A program made the translations under genes and the position numbers. DNA of 64,000 bases from Candidatus Woesebacteria bacterium (GTDB lineage: Bacteria; Patescibacteriota; Microgenomatia; UBA1400; UBA12028). Below the pieces are notes generated by a model. It was not told where the DNA came from, did no database searches, and was given only the letters and a program-made list of their open reading frames with translations. Shown here piece by piece: positions 18,590-27,665 of this stretch; the first letter of the stretch is position 1; each line of letters starts with the position of its first letter. The stretch covers positions 5,558 to 69,557 of the forward strand of contig JAGOVC010000001.1 in assembly GCA_018060955.1 (NCBI GenBank), read 5' to 3'.

Positions 18590-20646
18590 TGTTTCAATGG
18601 TTGTACAATAGTTCTATGTTTGGACTTTCTGATCCCAGTCTCTGGCTCTGGGGACTCTTGTACTTTATCTCCGTACTCATTGTGTTTATCGTCCCTGGAT
18701 GGTTACTTTTAGAGAGACTTGATCTGAGGCTCTCTGCTTGGCAGAACATTGTGGTAATCCCTGTCACCGGAATGATCCTGTGGGGTATTCAAGGCTACAT
18801 CTTTGGATATGCGCACTTGCGATTCTTAACATATGCCTATGTTGCAGTAACTCTGTTGGCAGTACTTATTCGTCACAGAGACATAAAGAAAGGATTTAGT
18901 TTTTTGTTGCGAGGCATTCGACGCATGGATTGGAAGCTAGGTATTCTCCTATTAAGTGGAACACTTATCCAAGTAATGCAAATGATAGGAAGCGGAGTTA
19001 CAGATAAAGCAGGAATGCACTTTTATCGAGTGCATGGCCAAGATGGCATTTTCCATTTAGGACTCATTTCGAGTATTGTCCGACAATTCCCACCGATTGA
19101 ACCTGGTTCAGCTCACACCTCAGTAGTTAATTACCATTACTGGTCAGATTTAATCCTTGCGGAACAGGCGCGGATTTTTAACATTCCGATTCATCATTTG
19201 TTTTTTCAATTTACGCCAATTCTAATTTCATTGTTAACTGGTCTGACTTTAATCGTCTTGTTAGCGACAGTATCGCAAGATCAGCCGCGAAGTTTTCGGA
19301 AAAACCTGGTTAACTTCGGATTGTTTTTCCTCTACTTTGGTTCCGACCTAGCGTATCTTTTTATGCAGTGGCTTCATCAAACTTGGGGTTTTTATACCTC
19401 GGCTATAGATAATGGTGCGACCCAGTTTCTAAACATGCCGCATGCAATGGCTAAATTAGTCTTCTTGATACTCTTTCTCTTACTAGTTGTGTGGAGAAGA
19501 ACGAAAGGTTGGAAACTTGGACTGCTGATAGCAGTCCTTGGTGGCGTGCTGTTCGGAATTAAAGTGTATTTCGGACTATTATTTGCAGTGGGGTTCTTGC
19601 TTGTTTGGCTTACTGATCTCGTGGATCTAATCGTGAAGATATATTTGAAGATCAATGTTCAATCTCTTGTGTCGAAAAAATCATTCTTGCTGCAGGCATT
19701 CTTGATTGGCTGTGTGATGTTGGTTATTTCATTATTCGTATACTTACCTCCCAATCGAGGATCTGGAGGGCTAGGATATTACCCATTGGAATGGCCGAAA
19801 CTATTCATGGCTGAAGAAAATTTAGATTGGAGAGACTGGCGATACAAACGAGCCATCGTTGAATACTTTAAAAATACGCCAAAGATTATGATGTACGATG
19901 GAATTGCGATCGTCGTGACACTACTTTGTATCCATGGAACTCGATTATTGGGTTTCAATTTGGGAAAGAAAACACGTAGTCTGTTAGGAAGGAAACTGTT
20001 AGTTGGATTTATTCTTATTCCTTGTGGACTCTTTACCTTCTTGGGTCTTTATACCTTGCAGAAAAGTGGATCCTTTAACGTGTTTAATTTCTTTGCATCG
20101 AGTTTGACACTACTCTCTATTACTGCCGCGATTTTACTTGCAGAGTGGTGGTCATCAAAATCCTACATCCTCAAAGGAGTTACTATCGTTATTATCCTTG
20201 CCACCATCCCTAGAATTGCGTATGAGTCATTTAAAATTGTAACCTCCTATCAAAATCAAACGGATGATACGGTCATTTCCAGAGAGGAGATAGATGCATT
20301 GTCCTTTATTAATAGGACAGCAAACAAGGATGCGATCATTCAGTCGCATTATGCGAATACCTTGGATATGAACACCCCGTATACTTCCTATTTTGCGAAC
20401 CGATTTAATTACATGGCTGGCCAAAAGGTGCTAGAGACACACGCTCAGGAGACTCAATCAAGATATCTTGAAGTTCAACGACTGTTCGGATCTCATAACC
20501 CCGCTGACTACAGGGAAGCTTTCGCGCGCTGGAATATTTCCTATTTGTATTTACGGAATCAGGATGCGCTCCCATTTGATCCGTCTCTTGCTAACCTCAC
20601 ACTGGTATATCAGAATACGGAAGCTAAAGTGTATCAAATCAGGTGA
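18589..20646 (+). CDS. Large polytopic membrane protein with a C-terminal extracytoplasmic domain; function unknown. A GT-C-like transferase, polymerase or ligase are all possible.
   Basis: About 685 aa with at least 12 hydrophobic segments. The start ATG overlaps the upstream TGA (TGATG). Confidence 0.75.
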   Translation: MFQWLYNSSMFGLSDPSLWLWGLLYFISVLIVFIVPGWLLLERLDLRLSAWQNIVVIPVTGMILWGIQGYIFGYAHLRFLTYAYVAVTLLAVLIRHRDIKKGFSFLLRGIRRMDWKLGILLLSGTLIQVMQMIGSGVTDKAGMHFYRVHGQDGIFHLGLISSIVRQFPPIEPGSAHTSVVNYHYWSDLILAEQARIFNIPIHHLFFQFTPILISLLTGLTLIVLLATVSQDQPRSFRKNLVNFGLFFLYFGSDLAYLFMQWLHQTWGFYTSAIDNGATQFLNMPHAMAKLVFLILFLLLVVWRRTKGWKLGLLIAVLGGVLFGIKVYFGLLFAVGFLLVWLTDLVDLIVKIYLKINVQSLVSKKSFLLQAFLIGCVMLVISLFVYLPPNRGSGGLGYYPLEWPKLFMAEENLDWRDWRYKRAIVEYFKNTPKIMMYDGIAIVVTLLCIHGTRLLGFNLGKKTRSLLGRKLLVGFILIPCGLFTFLGLYTLQKSGSFNVFNFFASSLTLLSITAAILLAEWWSSKSYILKGVTIVIILATIPRIAYESFKIVTSYQNQTDDTVISREEIDALSFINRTANKDAIIQSHYANTLDMNTPYTSYFANRFNYMAGQKVLETHAQETQSRYLEVQRLFGSHNPADYREAFARWNISYLYLRNQDALPFDPSLANLTLVYQNTEAKVYQIR

Positions 20647-20666
20647 AGTAAATTGAAAGGATTCCT

Positions 20667-21566
20667 ATGAATATTCTTGTCACTGGGGGTAGTGGGTTTT
20701 TAGGTTCGCATTTATGCCGTTCGCTTCAAGAACATGGTCACACGGTCAGAGTACTAGATCGTCACATTAATCCAGAGTTTGAAACCATCCAGGGTGATGT
20801 CGGTGATCAAGCAACCGTTTCCAAGGCGCTACAAGGGATTGAAGCTGTGTTTCATTTAGCATCCTCCATTGAAGCAGGTGAGTCCGTGTTAAAACCCTAT
20901 GAATACACGCAAAACAATGTACTCGGAACAGTAGTGCTCCTGGAAGAGATGCGAAAAACTGGAGTCAAACAATTTATCTTTTCCTCAAGTGCAGCCATCT
21001 ACGGTGAACCTCTTCGTGTGCCTATTTTTGAAGACGATCGAACGATGCCCATTAATCCCTATGGAATGACAAAACTCGCCATGGAAGGATTAGCGTCATC
21101 GTATTCATATTCACACGGATTTACCTGTGTGGCACTGCGTTACTTTAATCTCTATGGTCCAGGTGAAAACCATCAGCCTGAAACACATGCGATTCCAAGG
21201 TTTATCTCTCAAATTAGAAAAGGTGAAGAAGTTACTGTATGGGGTACCGGTGAACATCAGCGGGATTTCGTGTACATTAGTGATATTGTCTCTGCCCATT
21301 TGAAAGCGCTGTCGTTAGAGCAAGGGAAATATCATTACTTTAACTTGTCCGGAAAGAACGCGACGAAAGTAAGTGATGTCATCAAATTATTAGAGAAGCA
21401 TTTGAATACTCCCGCACGTATTAAAAATTTCCCTCCAAGACCTGGAGATCCATTACTACTTTTTGCAGATAGTTCAAAAGCAAAAGAACTGCTGCAATGG
21501 GAATCAGAAGTTTCTCTGGAGGATGGGATAAAAATTACTGTCGACTGGTTTTTACAACAGGCTTAG
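20667..21566 (+). CDS. NAD-dependent epimerase/dehydratase (extended SDR; UDP-glucose-4-epimerase-like).
   Basis: MNILVTGGSGFLGSHL Rossmann motif and a YGMTKLAMEG YxxxK catalytic motif. Confidence 0.8.
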   Translation: MNILVTGGSGFLGSHLCRSLQEHGHTVRVLDRHINPEFETIQGDVGDQATVSKALQGIEAVFHLASSIEAGESVLKPYEYTQNNVLGTVVLLEEMRKTGVKQFIFSSSAAIYGEPLRVPIFEDDRTMPINPYGMTKLAMEGLASSYSYSHGFTCVALRYFNLYGPGENHQPETHAIPRFISQIRKGEEVTVWGTGEHQRDFVYISDIVSAHLKALSLEQGKYHYFNLSGKNATKVSDVIKLLEKHLNTPARIKNFPPRPGDPLLLFADSSKAKELLQWESEVSLEDGIKITVDWFLQQA

Positions 21567-21624
21567 AGTTAGCTAACAAGAATAACTACTTGACAGCACT
21601 TGTTGTGACAGATTCAATGAAAGA

Positions 21625-21780
21625 ATGAAATCAGTAAATAATGCTTCCCAACGACGGTTTATTATGGGAATTGTTGCGTTATCGTTGTTTGTAGTAGTTG
21701 GGCTATGCGCATTGTTGGTACAGTCTGCCTTTACTCCCAGAAGCCTGGATAATCGAACCTACGCGACCTCAAACCGATAA
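21625..21780 (+). CDS. Unannotated small ORF (51 aa) predicted to encode a single-pass membrane peptide.
   Basis: ATG...TAA in the largest non-coding gap. The translation is MKSVNNASQRRFIMGIVALSLFVVVGLCALLVQSAFTPRSLDNRTYATSNR, with a positive N-terminus and a hydrophobic core. A TTGACA lies at 21589-21594 upstream. Confidence 0.3.
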   Translation: MKSVNNASQRRFIMGIVALSLFVVVGLCALLVQSAFTPRSLDNRTYATSNR

Positions 21781-21854
21781 GATTCATTGAAAGTTCCATT
21801 TCCCACACATGATAGGGTAGTGTCTCTTACATTGATGACGTATCATACTTCTTC

Positions 21855-23642
21855 ATGCAAATTTCCACATTACTAGCATTGGGACGAAAAATTGTACGAT
21901 CCTCCGTCCTACTTACTTTTATTGTGTTTTTGTGTGGGTTAGCATTTCGGATCTATCGCTACGATTTGTATCCATTACAGTTTGACCAAATACAAATCCT
22001 TACTCATGCAGCACAAATCAGAATGGGGGATTTGAATTTTGTCGGCCCGCGTACAGGACCGGTCGAAATGTTTACTGGTCCGTTTGTGTATTACCTCACA
22101 GCATTCTTATCTTTTTTTATTTCGACCCCTTGGACTGTGGTTGGTATGGCGGTCGTTCTCTATATTTTGACCTTCTGGGTGATTAGATCGTTGTTTGTGT
22201 TCTACCGAATTGATAAACGAATTTCATTTTTCTTCTTACTTTTTTATGCAGTCTCGCTGTATCAAGTAACGTTGGATCGAATCCCCTGGAATCCTAACTT
22301 AATGATGCTTGCATCCACACTTGTATTTGTACCCATGCGTCAAATTATCTCGCATAAAAACGTTCGAATCCTGGATGCAATCTTCCTAGCCTTAGGGGTT
22401 TTCATAGGATATCAAGCCCACTTTTCAGGCCTCTTTCTAATCCTTTTTGTTCTTTGCATTGGATTTCTTCCTGTCCGAAACAAGAAGTATGCGATTCTTG
22501 CTGGTGTCCTCGGAAGTGTAACGACGTTGTTTCCCACCTTTATTTTCGATCTAAAACATCAGTGGCTTAATTTACATGGAGTCATGGATGTCTTGAAGAA
22601 CAATCACGGTACAGTTCCGACAAAGGAATTTTTTCTACTGCCATTTATTCGAGATATATTTGTAAGTTTGGAAAACATCGGAAAATTCCTAATTCCTCAG
22701 ACTGAGCAGTATTTAGCGATCGCTGCTGGAATTATCGTTGTCCTTTGGACAATCCAGTATGCCAGGCATCATAAAAACAGAGAGACTGCGTGGTTTCCAT
22801 TATTGTGGTTTTGTAGTATTAATCTACTCTTTTTTCCCTATAAAGGACCCAAACCGGAATATTACTTTTTGATTCAGTTTCCAGCAATTTTGTGGATGGT
22901 TGCAACGATGCTTTCACACATTAGAATTCCCGTCTCAAAACTGCTCTTTGCTATCGTGCTTTCATTTAGCACGATTCATTTTATTGGACTAGTATCCACA
23001 CTCAATTCGCAAAAAGAATTAATGATAGGAAGCCAAGTTGAAGCATCGAAAGTCGTTCGAGAAAAACTGCGTGAAAATCCAGATCTGCACGTGGCAATTG
23101 ACATTCAAACATTAAATCGAGCAGGACTAAATTATTTACTAAAAGATGTCCCAGAAGTTCGTACGCAAGATGAAACGCTAAACGTCGTCCATTTAATCTA
23201 TCCTGCAAATGATCGGACACCAACGACAAAACGTTTTGGCAGCTTGGTCTATTGGGAAGACCCAAGGAGAAACTCTCAGGAGAAATACCTTCTAGTAGAC
23301 AATGTCGTCATTGGTTCACCTCCTTCCTTGGAATTGTTTCGTGACGAGTATCCATCCAAAGAGTTCGACATGGCATCATCCCAATACGTCATTTTTAGAG
23401 AAGGAGAAAAAGTAGGCAGACTACTGCTGTTAGTTGACGATATTGATAATATACGTCGAAAAGATTTCTTAAAGCAGTTTGAAGAGGAATGGGGAGAAAC
23501 GGTCAGTGATTGGCAGCCTGTAGACTACAAGGGAGGAAAAGTGTATCTTCAAGCAAAGAAAAAAACTGTGTTCTTGCTTCAATTATTAACCGATGATGAA
23601 GCTAGCAAAAAAGACTCTTTTCAACTAAAGCTGTATCCCTGA
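21855..23642 (+). CDS. Polytopic membrane protein, GT-C-like; member of the 'GDLxxxGPxxS' paralog family.
   Basis: 595 aa. The N-terminal loop AAQIRMGDLNFVGPRTGPVEMFTGPFVYY is shared with the genes at 26410 (minus strand) and 52783 (minus strand). Confidence 0.75.
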   Translation: MQISTLLALGRKIVRSSVLLTFIVFLCGLAFRIYRYDLYPLQFDQIQILTHAAQIRMGDLNFVGPRTGPVEMFTGPFVYYLTAFLSFFISTPWTVVGMAVVLYILTFWVIRSLFVFYRIDKRISFFFLLFYAVSLYQVTLDRIPWNPNLMMLASTLVFVPMRQIISHKNVRILDAIFLALGVFIGYQAHFSGLFLILFVLCIGFLPVRNKKYAILAGVLGSVTTLFPTFIFDLKHQWLNLHGVMDVLKNNHGTVPTKEFFLLPFIRDIFVSLENIGKFLIPQTEQYLAIAAGIIVVLWTIQYARHHKNRETAWFPLLWFCSINLLFFPYKGPKPEYYFLIQFPAILWMVATMLSHIRIPVSKLLFAIVLSFSTIHFIGLVSTLNSQKELMIGSQVEASKVVREKLRENPDLHVAIDIQTLNRAGLNYLLKDVPEVRTQDETLNVVHLIYPANDRTPTTKRFGSLVYWEDPRRNSQEKYLLVDNVVIGSPPSLELFRDEYPSKEFDMASSQYVIFREGEKVGRLLLLVDDIDNIRRKDFLKQFEEEWGETVSDWQPVDYKGGKVYLQAKKKTVFLLQLLTDDEASKKDSFQLKLYP

Positions 23643-23737
23643 TAAGAAATTGCAAATGAGTGCAGTCAATACTTTTGGTTTGCCCTTGTGTGCACTGGGA
23701 ATGCAAGGTATAACAAGAATCAGCAAACTGGTGTTTT

Positions 23738-24394
23738 ATGAACGTCTTTATCATCATTCCCGGCCATAACGAGCAAGAGTATGTGTCGACAGTGCTTTCT
23801 AAAGTGAAAGCCATTCATTCTCAGGTTATTTTTGTCGATGACGGTTCAACGGACAACACTGCAGAACTAGCAAAAGCCCACACAAAACACGTACTTAGTC
23901 ATGAAACAAACCTCGGTAAAGGTGCCGCTTTAAAAACTGGGTGTGAGTACGCATTTTCTACCCTCAATGCAGATGCCGTTATTTTCATGGATGCAGACGA
24001 TCAACACGATCCTAAAGAAATTCCAAAATTTATCGCTCAGCTTGAAAACTTCGATGTGGTTTTTGGTGTTCGAAAAATGGGTGCAAATATGCCGTTATCG
24101 CGGTTTTTAGGGAATAAATTCGCTTCAGTGTTACTCAACGTGCTATATGGTGGGTATATACCAGATATTCCCTCAGGGTATAAAGCACTGACAAGTAAAG
24201 GGTACCGAAAAGTAAAATGGAAGTCATCTGGCTATGAAGTCGAAACAGAAATTGCGATGCGAGTGACAAAGGAGCATGTTCCTTACGCCGTAATTGAAAT
24301 TGAAGCGATTTATCACGATACCGATAAGGGGATGACGCTCATCGATGGAATACATATCTGTCGCTGTTTGCTAGAATGGAAAGTAGGATTATGA
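23738..24394 (+). CDS. Short GT2 polyprenyl-phosphate sugar synthase-like enzyme (DPM1/GtrB-like catalytic domain with no long C-terminal TM region).
   Basis: VFIIIPGHNEQEYV...VIFVDDGSTDNT...LGKGAALKTGCEYAF...MDADDQHDP. Confidence 0.75.
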   Translation: MNVFIIIPGHNEQEYVSTVLSKVKAIHSQVIFVDDGSTDNTAELAKAHTKHVLSHETNLGKGAALKTGCEYAFSTLNADAVIFMDADDQHDPKEIPKFIAQLENFDVVFGVRKMGANMPLSRFLGNKFASVLLNVLYGGYIPDIPSGYKALTSKGYRKVKWKSSGYEVETEIAMRVTKEHVPYAVIEIEAIYHDTDKGMTLIDGIHICRCLLEWKVGL

Positions 24395-24729
24395 GATTAC
24401 TTCAGATTGTTTCAGTATTGTTTGGTCTATTCATGATGTATACCGTGCGTATTCATCATCGAAAACAGCATATTGATAGCATGGAATATGGGATTTGGAT
24501 GGGACTTTGGGGAGTTTTTATTTTCTTGGCAATCTTCCCACAAACGGTGAATGGTGTCGTTCAAACTCTCAACATTGCGAGGGTATTTGATCTCCTTGTT
24601 ATTATTTCCTTGATGATCGTAGTATTTCTTACGTTTCTCAATCGAATTGAGCAAAAGCGAATGGATAAAAAAATAGAGCAGCTGGTTCGAAAGAAAGCTA
24701 TCGATGACACTAAAAAAGCCGCTGTTTAG
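24391..24729 (+). CDS. DUF2304-like small membrane protein, often partnered with DPM1-like GT2 enzymes.
   Basis: About 112 aa with three hydrophobic segments and a basic C-terminal tail (KRMDKKIEQLVRKKAIDDTKKAAV). Starting at the ATG at 24391 gives an ATGA overlap. The ORF-track start is 24376. Confidence 0.6.
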   Translation: MRLLQIVSVLFGLFMMYTVRIHHRKQHIDSMEYGIWMGLWGVFIFLAIFPQTVNGVVQTLNIARVFDLLVIISLMIVVFLTFLNRIEQKRMDKKIEQLVRKKAIDDTKKAAV

Positions 24730-25480
24730 CATTATTACTCCCAGCTACAATCAAGGCGTTTTCATCTCAACAACTGTAGAGAGTGTTTTGCATCAGGACG
24801 TTAAAGATGTTGAGCACATCATCATGGATGGTGGTTCTAATGACAGTACTCTAGATGTCTTGAAATCATTTGGTAAACGAATTGTTGTAGAGAGTAAACC
24901 TGACAACGGGCAAGCCCACGCCATAAATAAAGGCATGAAGATAGCCAACGGTCAGATTCTGGCATATTTGAATTCCGATGATTACTATTTGCCAGGTGCA
25001 TTACAAACGGTAGAAGCGATCTTTGAGGAGAATCCAAACGTCCAATGGGTAGTAGGGGATGCACAAATCGTCGATGCAAATGGCAATGAGATCCAATCAT
25101 TTGTGCGTGCCTATAAATCACTGTTACGAAAAATCTATTTTCCAAATTTGCTTGGTATCTTGAATCCAATCCCGCAGCCATCGGTGTTTTTTAGAGCCAG
25201 TGCGGTGAAGAAAATCGGCCTATTTAACGAATCACTTTCCTACACGATGGACTATGAATATTGGTGGAGACTGCAAAATCAGTTTGGTTCCCCCTATTTC
25301 GTAAATACAGCACTCTCTGCATTTAGAATTCATCAGAACTCAAAAGGAGGTAGCAGCTACAGAAAGCAGTTTGATGAAGAACAGCTTGTCGCATCTCGAT
25401 TTACGTCCTCAAGCTTGCTGCTTCACTTGCATGCCCTTCATAACCGTTGTATTCTTGCTGCGTACTCTATCCTAAAATAA
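24704..25480 (+). CDS. Family 2 glycosyltransferase; paralog set C.
   Basis: FSIITPSYNQGVFISTTVESVLHQ...IIMDGGSNDST...YLNSDDYY. It is a paralog of the gene at 38576. Confidence 0.8.
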   Translation: MTLKKPLFSIITPSYNQGVFISTTVESVLHQDVKDVEHIIMDGGSNDSTLDVLKSFGKRIVVESKPDNGQAHAINKGMKIANGQILAYLNSDDYYLPGALQTVEAIFEENPNVQWVVGDAQIVDANGNEIQSFVRAYKSLLRKIYFPNLLGILNPIPQPSVFFRASAVKKIGLFNESLSYTMDYEYWWRLQNQFGSPYFVNTALSAFRIHQNSKGGSSYRKQFDEEQLVASRFTSSSLLLHLHALHNRCILAAYSILK

Positions 25481-25483
25481 TGT

Positions 25484-26431
25484 ATGAAATTGAATAAAAA
25501 GAATATTGTTGTTACTGGAGGCGCGGGGTTTTTAGGAACCAATGTGGTGGCAGAACTGATCAAGCATGGAGCTGATCCTAAGAAAATTGTTGTTCCTCGC
25601 TCAAAAGATTTTGATCTACGTGAAAAAGAGGTTTGTGCCAGGGTAGTGACAGGGATGGATATTGTTATCCATTTGGCAGCTAACGTCGGTGGAATTGGAT
25701 ATAACCAACAGAATCCAGGTACTCTCTTTTACGATAATCTGCTGATGGGTGTCCATTTAATGGAAGAGGCGCGAAAAGCAGGAGTATCAAAGTTTGTTGG
25801 GGTTGGGACGATCTGTGCCTATCCAAAACACACTCCAGTTCCATTTAAAGAAGAGGAACTTTGGAATGGATATCCGGAAGAAACAAATGCACCCTATGGT
25901 TTAGCCAAGAAGATGATGCTTGTTCAAGCTCAAGCCTATAGAGCACAGTATGGCTTTAATTCCATCTATTTACTTCCAGTGAATTTATACGGTCCACAAG
26001 ATAACTTTAATCCGAATTCAAGTCATGTAATACCAGCGCTCATTAAGAAATTTGTGGATGCTGTTGAGAAAAAAAGTCCGGAAGTGATTGTCTGGGGTAC
26101 CGGCAAACCAACCCGAGAGTTTTTATTTGTGCAGGATGCCGCTCGCGCAATCGTCTTGGCAACTGAGAAGTATGACAAAGCGGATCCCGTTAATATCGGT
26201 AGTTCTTTTGAAATTAGTATCTACGATTTGGCGCACCTCGTCGGAAAGTTAACACAGTTTCATGGTGAGATACGGTTCGATTCTTCAAAGCCTGATGGAC
26301 AACCGCGACGCAAACTGGATGTGACACGGGCAAAAAAAGAATTCGATTTTGAGTCAGAAATCAACTTCGAGGAGGGTTTGAAATCCACAATCGAATGGTA
26401 TCTTGAACATTACTCACGCTTGAGCAAATAG
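25484..26431 (+). CDS. fcl: GDP-L-fucose synthase-like (GDP-4-keto-6-deoxy-D-mannose 3,5-epimerase/4-reductase family). It could instead be a ColC-type GDP-L-colitose synthase.
   Basis: [92 protein letters not shown] and [16 protein letters not shown] are highly characteristic Fcl-family motifs. Confidence 0.8.
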   Translation: MKLNKKNIVVTGGAGFLGTNVVAELIKHGADPKKIVVPRSKDFDLREKEVCARVVTGMDIVIHLAANVGGIGYNQQNPGTLFYDNLLMGVHLMEEARKAGVSKFVGVGTICAYPKHTPVPFKEEELWNGYPEETNAPYGLAKKMMLVQAQAYRAQYGFNSIYLLPVNLYGPQDNFNPNSSHVIPALIKKFVDAVEKKSPEVIVWGTGKPTREFLFVQDAARAIVLATEKYDKADPVNIGSSFEISIYDLAHLVGKLTQFHGEIRFDSSKPDGQPRRKLDVTRAKKEFDFESEINFEEGLKSTIEWYLEHYSRLSK

Positions 26432-27660
26432 AGATAATAGTCGGTGTTAATCTTCCAAGTCTTTACCACAGTATGTGGTGTAAATGTATGTATTTCATAG
26501 GCAGAATTTGTGTTGAAATCAGCAGTGGTGTTCACAACGAAGAGAAAATCGTTTGTGCGATAATCTCTCGTAAATCCAGATATATTGTTTACAGTTAATA
26601 AGTAATACTGCACACTTGCGGTCGTATCGTAAGTCGGAGAAGCTACTGCAAAATTATCAAGTTTTTCATTTCTAATGATCTCAAAAACAGCGTTTTCATG
26701 TGTGTAGTTCCAGTTTTTTATCATGCCAAAGGCATGCGATGGGGCAGGCAGATAGATTCTTAGCGATACTAGAAATAGTACAACCATAGATATGGTGAGT
26801 AGTCTCTTTGAGATCTTTGGCGCAAGCATCACCGACAGAGCCATGAGTAGCAGAAAGACTGATCCCATGAAGTAATATTGTGCAAATCCGCCTCCGCTTG
26901 TAGAAGTGAGTTCTGGTAAATGATGGGCAAAAGTCCAGATTGTCTGTAACATATAGAAATTCGTTCGAAATTCATTCAGAATCATTGGAGAAAATCCAAA
27001 AATGGCTCCAAGTACAACAAGGCCATATGCTTTTAATGGAGGCCGTTGTACTGCAATCAAGTAGATAAGAACCAGCAAGAAGAAGAGCACTGCTTGGTAG
27101 TGAAATAGGAGTAAGAATCCCAATACCACCCCAACCCCTAAATACGCAACTTTCCGACCGGTTTTGTGCATAATCCCCAACATTAAAATGAACAACGGTA
27201 GGAAGGCAAGTTGAAAATTCGGATTCCACAAAAACGAGGTAAAGTTAACAAAGAAGGGTAAGAATGCATACAAACTACACCCAATCATCGCTGCTTTTTC
27301 GTTTTTGAGAAAATATAGCCCAATACCTAGTGGTATCAACATTCCGACAGAAAAGAGTGTGAATGCATACGAGGACGCGATTGGCTCAAAACCACCGAGA
27401 AGCAAGAAAAAAAGATAAACGTAGAAAATGACGGAACTTTGAAAAATTACTTTTCCTTGGTACTCAAAAGATGTTCGAGGTCCCACAAGGGTAATCTTTT
27501 TTTGGGTCCATAGTTCATGAGCTCGAAGACCAAACACACCCTGATCCGTTGAGAAGTTCACTCTATTTGGATAGTGTAGTGATCGGATGAGTATTGCACC
27601 CAGACCGATGCATACAAAGATTAGAACTGTGAAGTTTAGTTTCAAAAACACTTTTCTCAT
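26410..27660 (-). CDS. Polytopic membrane protein, GT-C-like; 'GDLxxxGPxxS' paralog family.
   Basis: [38 protein letters not shown]. The 3' end overlaps the fcl stop by 22 nt, convergent. Confidence 0.75.
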   Translation of the reverse strand: MRKVFLKLNFTVLIFVCIGLGAILIRSLHYPNRVNFSTDQGVFGLRAHELWTQKKITLVGPRTSFEYQGKVIFQSSVIFYVYLFFLLLGGFEPIASSYAFTLFSVGMLIPLGIGLYFLKNEKAAMIGCSLYAFLPFFVNFTSFLWNPNFQLAFLPLFILMLGIMHKTGRKVAYLGVGVVLGFLLLFHYQAVLFFLLVLIYLIAVQRPPLKAYGLVVLGAIFGFSPMILNEFRTNFYMLQTIWTFAHHLPELTSTSGGGFAQYYFMGSVFLLLMALSVMLAPKISKRLLTISMVVLFLVSLRIYLPAPSHAFGMIKNWNYTHENAVFEIIRNEKLDNFAVASPTYDTTASVQYYLLTVNNISGFTRDYRTNDFLFVVNTTADFNTNSAYEIHTFTPHTVVKTWKINTDYYLYLLKRE

Positions 27661-27665
27661 ACGTA

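Noticed and set aside
25484-26431. The possibility that this SDR is GDP-mannose 4,6-dehydratase (Gmd) rather than Fcl.
   Set aside because: The motifs ([20 protein letters not shown]...[22 protein letters not shown]) match the Fcl family. A Gmd would show MKKALITGITGQDGSYL and a GSY...D signature.
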